Positions 37,804 to 46,703 of a stretch of 64,000 nt of DNA are shown piece by piece. The notes under the pieces are model-generated. The model worked only from the letters and a program-made list of their open reading frames with translations. It did not search any database and was not told the DNA's origin. This DNA comes from an uncultured Bdellovibrionales bacterium (GTDB lineage Bacteria; Patescibacteriota; Minisyncoccia; Moranbacterales; DUUL01), in contig CAZDHE010000001.1 in assembly GCA_964505305.1 (NCBI GenBank), positions 27,776 to 91,775 on the forward strand, written 5' to 3'. Position 1 is the stretch's first letter. Every line of letters starts with the position of its first letter. A program made the position numbers and the translations under genes.

Positions 37804-37899
37804 GAAAGCTGTCCGAGGTCATTTCCGCTTTATCAGTTTCTCCTTAAGTTTGTTAAGGAAAAATATGAGGAAATAGGAGGTAGAGCAAGGGCAGCTTTC
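37804..37899 (+). other. Long irregular hairpin followed by a T-rich tract (terminator or small RNA)
   Basis: Closed by GAAAGCTGTCC/GGGCAGCTTTC. Nested helices are ATTTCC/GGAAAT and TCCTTAA/TTAAGGA. Followed by CCTTTTGATTTT. Confidence 0.4.
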
Positions 37900-37954
37900 C
37901 CTTTTGATTTTAAAACCAAGGGAAAGAAGTGTAAATTTTTAGTGGGTTGCTGTT

Positions 37955-38158
37955 AATTCTTTATTTAAGTATGTTCTATTTATTCAGTTTAAGTTTTTTT
38001 AACTGGTGTTGCGTATACTCATTATAATTTAATATGAACTTTTTTAGTTAAGGCAGTGAATTTGAAATTCAGCTACTGTATCTTCAGAAGTCGAGCTTCA
38101 GAGGTTTTTCAAAAAAGGCTGGCTTGGCAGGAGTGCGTAATATCAATTATTTAATTTT
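37955..38158 (+). ncRNA. Copy B of the two-copy intergenic element (candidate sRNA)
   Basis: Shares the conserved blocks of copy A, including TATAAT at 38023-38028. The homologous hairpin 38062-38101 keeps 14/17 pairs (three G.U, one pair gained), followed by TTTTT at 38105-38109. Confidence 0.45.
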
Positions 38159-38255
38159 TACTTAAATGGATTTTTAAAGATATGTTTTAGAAGGTTCAAT
38201 TTCTAAACTTCTTTGGTTTTGAAATGTTTAAATATAATCATTAAAGTTAAAAAAA

Positions 38256-38843
38256 ATGGAAAAAACGATTAAAAACTTGGCGGAAGCCTTTATTGGAGAA
38301 TGCCAGGCTCGAAATAGGTACACCTATTATGCCAAGGATGCCAAGAAAGAAGGTTATGAACAAATTGCCGGAATTTTTGCAGAAACTGCCGAGCAGGAAA
38401 AGGAGCACGCTAAATGGTTAATGAGGATGATTAATCAGCTAAAAAAAGAATCAAACAAGGATTATTCAGAAATTAAAGTTGATCAAGCATCTGTTCCAAC
38501 CAGATGGGGAAATACTTTGGAAAATTTAAAAGCCGCCGCCGCCGGCGAGAATTATGAACATTCGGATATGTATAAGAGGTTTGCCGATGAAGCCCAAGAG
38601 GAGGGTTATAACGATATTGCTGCCAGATTGCGGTCCATTGCCAAGGCCGAAGCCCATCACGAAGAAAGATACAGAAAATTAATAAAACAAGTTGAAGCAG
38701 GAACAATTTTTAAGAAAGAGGAGGAGACTCATTGGATTTGCAGAGAATGCGGTTACCAGCATGCCGGCAAGGAGGCTCCGGAAAAATGTCCGTCTTGTGA
38801 TCACCCTCAGGCTTTTTATCAAGTTAAATGTGAGGAATTTTAA
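38256..38843 (+). CDS. rbr: Rubrerythrin
   Basis: 195 aa. Diiron four-helix-bundle motifs (EAFIGECQARNRY, EKEHAKW, EAHHEERY) and a C-terminal rubredoxin CxxC..CxxC (CRECG..CPSCD). Confidence 0.9.
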   Translation: MEKTIKNLAEAFIGECQARNRYTYYAKDAKKEGYEQIAGIFAETAEQEKEHAKWLMRMINQLKKESNKDYSEIKVDQASVPTRWGNTLENLKAAAAGENYEHSDMYKRFADEAQEEGYNDIAARLRSIAKAEAHHEERYRKLIKQVEAGTIFKKEEETHWICRECGYQHAGKEAPEKCPSCDHPQAFYQVKCEEF

Positions 38844-38879
38844 GTTTTTTGTAGGTTTTTTAAAATTTAGGAATTTTTT

Positions 38880-39275
38880 ATGGCTACCAATCTAAAACAA
38901 ATCTACAAATGTAATGTTTGTGGGAATATTGTGGAGGTTTTACACTCCGGAGCGGGAGAGTTGGTTTGCTGTGGGGAGCCTATGGAGCTTCAAGCTGAAA
39001 AAACTGAGCAAGACGAAGGTTTAGAAAAGCACGTTCCCGTTTTGGAAAAAACTGAGTCTGGGTACAAGGTTAAGGTGGGGTCTGTTCCTCATCCCATGGA
39101 AGAAGAGCATTATATAGAATGGATAGAGCTTTGGGCGGACGAGAATTTTTATGAGAGAAAGTTTTTAAAACCGGGAATGGCCGCGGAGGTGGAGTTTTGT
39201 TTAGATTATGACCCCGAGAAAATAGAGGTTCGGGAATATTGCAATATTCATGGATTGTGGAAGGATCAGAAGTGA
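38880..39275 (+). CDS. dfx: Desulfoferrodoxin (2Fe superoxide reductase)
   Basis: 131 aa. N-terminal desulforedoxin motif ([17 protein letters not shown]) and C-terminal SOR motifs ([26 protein letters not shown]). Confidence 0.9.
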   Translation: MATNLKQIYKCNVCGNIVEVLHSGAGELVCCGEPMELQAEKTEQDEGLEKHVPVLEKTESGYKVKVGSVPHPMEEEHYIEWIELWADENFYERKFLKPGMAAEVEFCLDYDPEKIEVREYCNIHGLWKDQK

Positions 39276-39377
39276 AAAAGTAAACGTTTTAAAAAAGTTA
39301 AGGACGGTTTTGCTTCTGCCGGTTTTGTTTCTATTCTAAAGATTAACTTAACTGAATTGTAAAGAAGCAGCGGTTTT

Positions 39378-40601
39378 TTATGCCCGTTGCTTTTTATATG
39401 GATTTTTTAACCATTTTATGAGATTTTCTGTTGTTTTCTCCGGATTATATTTTTCAAGAAGAAACTCATAAGATTTAGTGGCTCTTGAGCGGTATTCTTT
39501 GGGGTTCTTGGCGGCTTGCAAGATCTCCTCGGTTAGTTTTTGATTGTCCCCCGGAGAGAAAACCGGGTAAAGATTATTTTCTTCAATTGTCTGGCTTAGC
39601 TCTGTTGAGCGGGATAAAATTAAGGGTAATCCCTGTCTTATCATTTCCCCTGTCATTGTTCGAGCGCCAATGATGGTTTCATGGTTGGATTTATCGCATA
39701 CCAATCCCAAATCACAATACTTTAAAAAGGATGCCAGTTCTTCATTGGATAGATTAGAAAGGAAATAAAACTTTTCCGAGTGCGGACCGGCTTGAATCAT
39801 TTTTTGAAAATTTCTCAACTGAATTGATGTTTCCGAGTAGGGTTGCATTTGAGTGGAGAAAAATTTAATCCGAGGATTTTCGTCCATTGCTTTTTTCAGG
39901 CCTCTATAAAGTGTCTTATAGTCGGTCCACTGATTAAATCCTGAACACCAGAAAATATTAAAATAAGATTTTTTCAACAATAGCGAGCGCTTAGGCGGAT
40001 TTGCCGTTTTTTCTTTTGCAAAAACGGCGTTGGGTATATATTCAAGAAGTTCTTGATGATTTTTGGGAGTTAGCCTTTTTTCTAATAAGGATAGTTTTCC
40101 GGTAATGCAATATTTTTGAGAGATAGTCGCGGAGGATATTTTGTCAGCTTTTTTGAGAACATTATTTTCATAAAAAGGCGGAACTAATAAATTAAAATCT
40201 CGCCTTTCGAATTGGAAAGATTTTCTCTTAGTGATTATATATCCGTTTACGTCAGCCCAGAATGGGACCTCGGGGCTTTTTTGAGCAATTAAGTATGAAG
40301 GTTGTATATTAATGGAAATTACAGCGTCGTAATTATTGATTTTTGGTGCAGAAAGGTGTTTATCTTGAAGGGCTTCCGGAAAGGTGAGGTAATTAATATT
40401 TACAGAATCTATTTTTGTTTGCGGCGGTTTTTTGTTGGCATCTTGATAAAAGGGGGATATTAAGAAAGCATCTGTCTTAAACAGGTTCTTTTTTTCTATA
40501 ATAGGTTTAATGATTTGCCAAGTTCTAACTCCGGAAGAGTAAGTGATATTTTTGTTTTCAAAGGGCAGTGGAGCAGAGCCAACAATTAAGATTTTTTTCA
40601 T
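39378..40601 (-). CDS. Glycosyltransferase (GT-B fold, GT1/GT4-like)
   Basis: 407 aa. MKKILIVGSAPLPFE N-terminus and a C-terminal region with a GARTMTGEMIRQGLPLI-like nucleotide-sugar-binding pattern. Weak assignment. Confidence 0.45.
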   Translation of the reverse strand: MKKILIVGSAPLPFENKNITYSSGVRTWQIIKPIIEKKNLFKTDAFLISPFYQDANKKPPQTKIDSVNINYLTFPEALQDKHLSAPKINNYDAVISINIQPSYLIAQKSPEVPFWADVNGYIITKRKSFQFERRDFNLLVPPFYENNVLKKADKISSATISQKYCITGKLSLLEKRLTPKNHQELLEYIPNAVFAKEKTANPPKRSLLLKKSYFNIFWCSGFNQWTDYKTLYRGLKKAMDENPRIKFFSTQMQPYSETSIQLRNFQKMIQAGPHSEKFYFLSNLSNEELASFLKYCDLGLVCDKSNHETIIGARTMTGEMIRQGLPLILSRSTELSQTIEENNLYPVFSPGDNQKLTEEILQAAKNPKEYRSRATKSYEFLLEKYNPEKTTENLIKWLKNPYKKQRA

Positions 40602-40932
40602 AAAAATAAAAAAGTGATAATCAAGGAGCTATAATTAAGGCCAAAGAAAGGGGCTTAATTAGGATTTAATTAAAAATAATTAGAAAAAAGGCATATTTCA
40701 AGGTCAAAAATGAAGCGTTTAATTTAGCGGAGCTTTTAATAAGCAAGATGCTTTGATTGTTTTAAAATTGGGATTTCGCGGGTGATGATTTATTTCAAAA
40801 TAAAAACAAAAAGTTGTTTCCAAAAACTAAATATTTAAAAACTTCATTAGGTTGAGAATGTGCGTAATATTACCTTTTATATAGCTTCTATACAATAATT
40901 TTATTTTAAAATTTCATATATATAAATTTTTT

Positions 40933-41004
40933 GAGCCGGGGATGGGAATCGAACCCACAATCTACGCGTTACGAGTGCGTTGCTCTACCATTGAGCCACC
41001 CCGG
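40933..41004 (-). tRNA. tRNA-Thr (anticodon CGT)
   Basis: The reverse complement folds as follows. Acceptor GCCGGGG/CCCCGGC, D arm GCTC-AATGGTA-GAGC, anticodon stem ACGCA/CGCGT (31-39 A.C mismatch), loop CTCGTAA, T arm GTGGG-TTCGATT-CCCAT. Confidence 0.85.
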
Positions 41005-41165
41005 CCTGTATTGCTCTTCCGGCGGGATTATAAAGTATTTCAACTATTTTTCAAAATCTATTAAAGCCCGCCTTTCTATTTTTATCTGCAAAAAACTCTC
41101 GGGTTAATTTTTTCGAAAGATTCTTGTTTATGATTTTTGACTGAGTTTTTGAATTTAGAGTTTTG

Positions 41166-41238
41166 TGGGTGCAGAGGGAATCGAACCCCCGACCGTCAGC
41201 TTAAAAGGCTGCTGCTCTACCGACTGAGCTATGCACCC
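41166..41238 (-). tRNA. tRNA-Lys (anticodon TTT)
   Basis: The reverse complement folds as follows. Acceptor GGGTGCA/TGCACCC, D arm GCTC-AGTCGGTA-GAGC, anticodon stem GCAGC/GCTGA, loop CTTTTAA, T arm GGGGG-TTCGATT-CCCTC. Confidence 0.9.
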
Positions 41239-41361
41239 GGAAATAAAACCACAAAGAAAATTATAAACTCGACTTGCTTATAAGTCAATAGAAGTGTATA
41301 ATAACAGTTAGCAAACTTTGAAAAATTTTAATATAATTATAATAAAACTTAAAGAATAAAA

Positions 41362-42624
41362 ATGCAAATAAGCAAAATGAAGGCTCGAGAGATTTTGGAT
41401 TCTCGAGGTGATCCTACGGTTGAGGTGGAGGCGGTTTTAGAAAACGGTTTGACAGCCAAGGCTTCTGTTCCCTCGGGAGCTTCTACCGGAAGCAGGGAGG
41501 CGTTAGAATTGAGGGATGGAGAGGAAAGATTTTCCGGTAAAGGAGTGAAAAAGGTTTGTCGAAATATCGAGGACATTATTTTTCCTGCTGTCAAGGACTT
41601 TTCTGTTTTTGAGCAAGCGGTAATAGACAAAAAAATGCTGGAGTTGGATGGAACCGACAATAAGTCTAAGTTGGGAGCCAACGCTATTCTGGCTGTTTCC
41701 TTAGTTGTTTGCAGAGTGGCGGCTCAAGCCAAGGGGTTGCCCTTGTGGCAATACATAAGAGAGGTTTACGATTTGCCTCAAGGTGATAAATATAATTTTC
41801 CGGTGCCGATGATGAATGTTGTTAATGGAGGTGAGCATGCCGACAGCGGCTTAGATATACAAGAATTTATGGTAGTCCCTTCCGGATTGAAGAGTTTTGA
41901 AGAGAGGATTATGGCCGGCGCTGAAATTTATCACAATCTTAAGAAAATTTTTTCCGGGGATAATTATAGAGTAGCCATAGGAGATGAAGGCGGATTTGCT
42001 CCTCAACTGGAGAGTAATAAAGAAGCTTTGGAATATATTGGCAGGGCTATCGAAAAATCTATATATGACAAAAAGGACATTCACACGGGCATAGATGCAG
42101 CGGCTAGTGAATTTTATGATAAAGAAAACGAAGTTTATAATTTAAAACTTGACGGAGTTTCTTTGGATAGCAAGAATTTGCAAGCAATGTATGAAGAATG
42201 GATAGAAAAATATGGCTTAGAAGTGATTGAGGATCCGATGAGCGAGTTTGATTGGAAGGGTTGGAGTGAATTCAATAAAGACAACCAAGAAAGAGTTGCC
42301 ATAATTGGAGATGATTTGTTGGTAACTAATCAAAAACTAATAGAAGAAGCCATTGAAAGAAAGGCTTGCAATGCTGTTTTGATTAAGGTTAATCAAATCG
42401 GTTCTTTGTCTGAAACGATAGATTCCATTAGATTAGCCAAAGAAAATAATATGAAAATAGCTGTTTCTCATCGAAGCGGGGAAACTACAGATGATTTTAT
42501 TGCCGATTTGGCGGTAGTGGCTGAAGCGGAGTATGTTAAATTTGGAGCTCCGGCCAGAGGGGAGAGGGTTTGTAAATACAACCGAATTGCTGAGATAGAA
42601 AAAAATGAATTTTTAAAAGGATAG
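41362..42624 (+). CDS. eno: Enolase
   Basis: 420 aa. AREILDSRGDPTVEVE, SGASTGSREALELRD, IKVNQIGSLSET, SHRSGETTD. Confidence 0.97.
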   Translation: MQISKMKAREILDSRGDPTVEVEAVLENGLTAKASVPSGASTGSREALELRDGEERFSGKGVKKVCRNIEDIIFPAVKDFSVFEQAVIDKKMLELDGTDNKSKLGANAILAVSLVVCRVAAQAKGLPLWQYIREVYDLPQGDKYNFPVPMMNVVNGGEHADSGLDIQEFMVVPSGLKSFEERIMAGAEIYHNLKKIFSGDNYRVAIGDEGGFAPQLESNKEALEYIGRAIEKSIYDKKDIHTGIDAAASEFYDKENEVYNLKLDGVSLDSKNLQAMYEEWIEKYGLEVIEDPMSEFDWKGWSEFNKDNQERVAIIGDDLLVTNQKLIEEAIERKACNAVLIKVNQIGSLSETIDSIRLAKENNMKIAVSHRSGETTDDFIADLAVVAEAEYVKFGAPARGERVCKYNRIAEIEKNEFLKG

Positions 42625-42716
42625 ATAGGAATGCGGAAAAGGATTCTTTTCGAAGTGATAAATTCTTTTTTTAAACTGTTTTTTAAAATAAAAATTATCT
42701 TTAATAATAAACTAAA

Positions 42717-44285
42717 ATGGAAAAAGAAACTCAGGGCCCTGTAATTTTGGCTATTTTGGACGGTTGGGGAATCGGGAAGAAGGACAAAAAAATAAATGCT
42801 ATTGAAGCGGCTAAAACTCCTTTTTTTGATAAGGTTTTTAAGAAATATCCTTCTGCCCTTATTGATGCTACGGGAGAATCGGTTGGGCTAGAGAAAAATC
42901 AAATGAGCGGGTCGGAGGCTGGGCATATAAATATTGGGGCCGGTAGAGTGGTGAAGCAGGAAATAAGGGTAATATTAGAGGAAATAAACAATAGCTCTTT
43001 TTTTTACAACGCTGCTTTTTTGTCTGTTATTAATCAAATCAAAAAAAGAGAAACCAATCTTCATCTGATGGGTTTAATGGGCAACGGAGACAGCCCGCAT
43101 AGTCACCCGGACATCTTTTTTGCTTTATTGGTTTTACTGAAGCAGCATGGTCTGGAAGACAGAGTATTTTTTCATTTGTTCACTGACGGCAGAGATTCTT
43201 ATCCTAAAAGCGCTAAAGAGCATTGGCAAGAATGGAAAAGCGTAGTAGACAAGATAGGAATTGGAAAATTATCAACCATAAGCGGGAGATTTTATGCTAT
43301 GGACAGAATCAAAAAATGGAATAGGTTAAAAAAAGCCTATGAGGCAATGGTCGAAGGTAAGGGCGAGTTAGCTGAGGATTTTGAAAAGGCGGTGGACAAG
43401 CAATACGAGAAAGGCTTGTCGGACGAATATTTAGAGCCCGTGGTTTTTCAAGAAAATGGAAAAACTCTCCCCAGAATAAAAGACGGCGATGGAGTGATTT
43501 TTTTTAATTTTAGATCGGATAGAGCCAGGCAATTTTCTAAGCTTTTTGTTGGCCACCAAGGTCCGGATGCCAAATTCTTTAAAGATATTAAGAAGTTAGA
43601 AAAGTTAGAGTTTGTTGCTTTAACGAATTTTGGCCCCGATCTTAACCTGAAAACCGCCTATTTTGCTCCCCCGGTAAATAATACCTTGCCGGTATCTTTG
43701 AGTAATTTAAAGCAGCTTTATGTGGCTGAAACTGAAAAATTTGCTCATATTACTTACTTTATAAACGGAGGGTACCCGGATGCCATAGGAGGGGAAGAAC
43801 GCATAAGGATAGACTCTCCCCGAATTAAATCTTATGCCGATAAGCCGGAAATGTCGGCAATTGATATAACGAAGGTTTTAATTGATAATATTAAAGCCGG
43901 CATTTATGATTTTTATGCGGTTAATTTTGCTAACGCCGATATGCTGGGACATACGGGAGATTTAAAGGCGACCAAGAAAGGAGTGGAAATTATAGACAAG
44001 CAATTAAAAAAACTTTTTAAAGAAATTAAGAAGCAAAAAGGCACCTTAGTAATAACCGCCGATCATGGAAATGCAGATCAAATGATTAGCCTCGACGGAA
44101 AAAGAATCTTTACTTTTCACACCAAGAATCCGGTCCCTTTTATTTTAGTCGGAGAAGCGGATAAAATTAAAAATATTGAACTGAGAAAAGATGGAAAGCT
44201 TGCCAGCGTAGCTCCTACTGTCTTGGAGTTATTAAATGTTAAAAAACCCAAGCAAATGAAGGAAGAGAGCTTGATTAAAAAATAG
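42717..44285 (+). CDS. gpmI: 2,3-bisphosphoglycerate-independent phosphoglycerate mutase
   Basis: 522 aa. ILDGWG, SGSEAGHINIGAGR, FTDGRDS, NFANADMLGHTG, TADHGNAD. Confidence 0.9.
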   Translation: MEKETQGPVILAILDGWGIGKKDKKINAIEAAKTPFFDKVFKKYPSALIDATGESVGLEKNQMSGSEAGHINIGAGRVVKQEIRVILEEINNSSFFYNAAFLSVINQIKKRETNLHLMGLMGNGDSPHSHPDIFFALLVLLKQHGLEDRVFFHLFTDGRDSYPKSAKEHWQEWKSVVDKIGIGKLSTISGRFYAMDRIKKWNRLKKAYEAMVEGKGELAEDFEKAVDKQYEKGLSDEYLEPVVFQENGKTLPRIKDGDGVIFFNFRSDRARQFSKLFVGHQGPDAKFFKDIKKLEKLEFVALTNFGPDLNLKTAYFAPPVNNTLPVSLSNLKQLYVAETEKFAHITYFINGGYPDAIGGEERIRIDSPRIKSYADKPEMSAIDITKVLIDNIKAGIYDFYAVNFANADMLGHTGDLKATKKGVEIIDKQLKKLFKEIKKQKGTLVITADHGNADQMISLDGKRIFTFHTKNPVPFILVGEADKIKNIELRKDGKLASVAPTVLELLNVKKPKQMKEESLIKK

Positions 44286-44350
44286 TTTTGCTAAGTTTTT
44301 GTGAAGAGGTAGCCACTGTTTCTTCTGATAAATGAGAAAATGACGATTTT

Positions 44351-45232
44351 TTATTCGGAGCCAGTGTTTTTATCTCCTTTGAATTCGGCGGATTCCGGAC
44401 TTTCTTTATTGGATTCTTCTTTTAGGTTTTGTAGATTTTCAGGATAATAGAAAGTATTTAAAATATTCATATCAAAAAGGCGAACAGCTGCTTTGAAGCT
44501 TCTTTCGGGATTTTCGTCCAATATGATTATTTGTACTGTTGGAACATCGCTTTTTCTTTCTTCCAAGTCTTCCAGAGGAATATTGGTGGAATTTTTAACG
44601 TGGCTTTTTTGGTAATTTTCTTGATGTCTTACGTCTAAAAAATTTACCTTTTCCTCTTTTTGCAATTTTTTCAGAATTTCTTGTTTGCTTATCTGGTTGG
44701 TCTTGGCTCTGTCCGTGGTGGAATTGATGTTGCCATGAGAGATGACTGGATAACCTTCTCGGAGGTATCTTTTCAGTCCTCCTTCAAGGCATCTGACTTC
44801 AAATCCCTCTTTTATCATTTTTTGCGCAATCTCTATCCCTTTCTGAGAAGGAGCTTCTTCTATTATTATGAAAAGTTTGTCCTTGTTGAAATTTGAAAAA
44901 TCTTGAAAATCTTTTTGATAGGGAAGATTCTGAGAAGATTCAATGTGGGTCATTTTAAATTCCTCAGATGGTCGAATATCAAGCAAGGTATGTTTTTTAC
45001 TTCTAATTGCTTCGGCTGCTTCCTCCGGCATAGTCAGCAAAACTTCCCCTCCTTCTGACTTTGAGCCATTTTCCCGGGCAGATTCTTTTTTAGAATTTAA
45101 CTCAAGATAATTATTGTTTTCTTTACTTGATTTATTTTGGAAAAAATAAACAATAATTAAGACAATAATCAAAGTGATGGCAAACAAAAAAATGAGTGTA
45201 TGATTGGTTTTGTTTTTTTGGGAGAATTTCAT
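44351..45232 (-). CDS. Membrane-anchored tandem rhodanese-homology-domain protein (both active-site Cys absent)
   Basis: 293 aa. TM anchor followed by two rhodanese-like modules (LLDIRPSEEF..; FLDVRHQENY..). The loop positions read IIIEEAPSQKG and IIILDENPERS, with no cysteine. Confidence 0.55.
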   Translation of the reverse strand: MKFSQKNKTNHTLIFLFAITLIIVLIIVYFFQNKSSKENNNYLELNSKKESARENGSKSEGGEVLLTMPEEAAEAIRSKKHTLLDIRPSEEFKMTHIESSQNLPYQKDFQDFSNFNKDKLFIIIEEAPSQKGIEIAQKMIKEGFEVRCLEGGLKRYLREGYPVISHGNINSTTDRAKTNQISKQEILKKLQKEEKVNFLDVRHQENYQKSHVKNSTNIPLEDLEERKSDVPTVQIIILDENPERSFKAAVRLFDMNILNTFYYPENLQNLKEESNKESPESAEFKGDKNTGSE

Positions 45233-45256
45233 AGAGGTGTAAAATGGTTTATTTGT

Positions 45257-46219
45257 TTATTCCAAGAGAGATTCTGTGAAATTGGGCTGGCCATTGGTAA
45301 AATCTTTTATGGACATGGACTTTTTCCCTTCCAGCTGAATTTCCAGAGGGATGACGATACCTTTTCCGGTTTTGATAGCTACTTGGTTTTTAGAATCTTC
45401 AAATACTTTTCCGGGGGACAGGTCTTTTTCTTCCGGGTTTTCTTGGCGGTAACTTATTTCCCAGAAAGAGATTTTTTTATAAAATCTTTCGGTTTTAATA
45501 AAGCTATAAATACCCGGCCATCCATAAAAAGCGCGAAATTTATTGTAAATTTCTTCAGCGGGAGACGACCAGAAAATTCTTCCATCTTTTTTGGTTATTA
45601 ATTTGGTTAAAGTGGCTTTTTGGTGATCTTGTTCCTTTAAAACAACTTTATTATTTAGATATTTTTCCAAAGAATCCGTTAAGAATTTTTTAGTCAAATT
45701 AATTAATTTTTTCTTTAAAACAGGATAAATATCATCAGGATTGATATTGATAGATTTTTGAAAAAAAATAGGTCCGGCGTCAATTCCGGGTGTCATTTTG
45801 ATGAAAGTTACCCCTGTTTTTTTGAGGTTTTGCCACAAGGCTGTTTGAATAGGGGAGGGGCCTCTTAAATTGGGAAGAAGTGAGGGGTGAATATTGACGC
45901 ACCCAAAACGGGGAATATCTAAAACTTTTTCGGGAATAATTAATCCATAAGAGGCTACAATTATTAAATCAGGACTTTGTTTTTTAATAAAATCAATTTC
46001 TTCCTCTTTGAGCTCGGAAAACTGTTTTAAATTCAAACCCTCTTCCAAGGCTAAATTTTTTACATCGGGAGACTGAAGAGTCTTTTTCCGGCCTGCCGGT
46101 CTGTCCGGTTGGGTAATTACCAAATCTATATTTGTATTTTTTTCCAACAGATCTTTTAAGACTTCTCTTGCAAAAAGAGATGTTCCCATAAAAATCACTT
46201 TAGCGTCTTTCAGTTGCAT
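45257..46219 (-). CDS. fmt: Methionyl-tRNA formyltransferase
   Basis: 320 aa. VIFMGTSLFA, TQPDRPAGRKK, NIHPSLLPNLRGPSPIQ. Confidence 0.9.
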   Translation of the reverse strand: MQLKDAKVIFMGTSLFAREVLKDLLEKNTNIDLVITQPDRPAGRKKTLQSPDVKNLALEEGLNLKQFSELKEEEIDFIKKQSPDLIIVASYGLIIPEKVLDIPRFGCVNIHPSLLPNLRGPSPIQTALWQNLKKTGVTFIKMTPGIDAGPIFFQKSININPDDIYPVLKKKLINLTKKFLTDSLEKYLNNKVVLKEQDHQKATLTKLITKKDGRIFWSSPAEEIYNKFRAFYGWPGIYSFIKTERFYKKISFWEISYRQENPEEKDLSPGKVFEDSKNQVAIKTGKGIVIPLEIQLEGKKSMSIKDFTNGQPNFTESLLE

Positions 46220-46246
46220 ATAAAATAATTTTAATTAACAAGAAGT

Positions 46247-46699
46247 TTATTGAACATTTGATTCTTCTTTTGCTTTATCTACAATTAAAACTCCATTTAA
46301 ATGATCCGTCTCGTGGAGTATGGCTCTCGCCAGTAGTCCTTTGGCTCGTATAATTTGATTTTTGCCGTTTGTGTCACAAGCTTTGACTTTGACTCTTTTA
46401 GGTCTTTCTATAGACATAAATTTTCCCGGAAAAGACAGACAGCCCTCTTCGGTCAGGGTGGTTTCTTTGGAGACGCTCTTGATTTGAGGGTTTATTAAAA
46501 CCAGAAGCTCATTATCAATCTCTATAAGACAAAGCCTTAGGTTTTTACCGACTTGAGGAGCGGCTAAACCTAATCCATTATTGGCTCGCAGTGTTTGCGT
46601 CATGTCTAAAATTAGCTGCTTTATTTCGGGAGAGGTGGGATCTTTTATTTCTTCGCTTTTTTGGCGAAGCACCGGATCCGGATATTTAACTATATTCAT
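46247..46699 (-). CDS. def: Peptide deformylase
   Basis: 150 aa. GLAAPQVG, EGCLSFPG, HETDHLNG. Confidence 0.92.
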   Translation of the reverse strand: MNIVKYPDPVLRQKSEEIKDPTSPEIKQLILDMTQTLRANNGLGLAAPQVGKNLRLCLIEIDNELLVLINPQIKSVSKETTLTEEGCLSFPGKFMSIERPKRVKVKACDTNGKNQIIRAKGLLARAILHETDHLNGVLIVDKAKEESNVQ

Positions 46700-46703
46700 A
46701 ACA

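Noticed and set aside
23205-38158. The two copies of the intergenic element are direct repeats flanking a 14.8-kb segment adjacent to tRNA genes, which superficially resembles attL/attR of a genomic island.
   Set aside because: The enclosed segment carries core genes (polA, murG, rplY, an rmlA-like gene). It has no integrase, excisionase or phage genes. The repeats are only about 70-75 percent identical, with indels.
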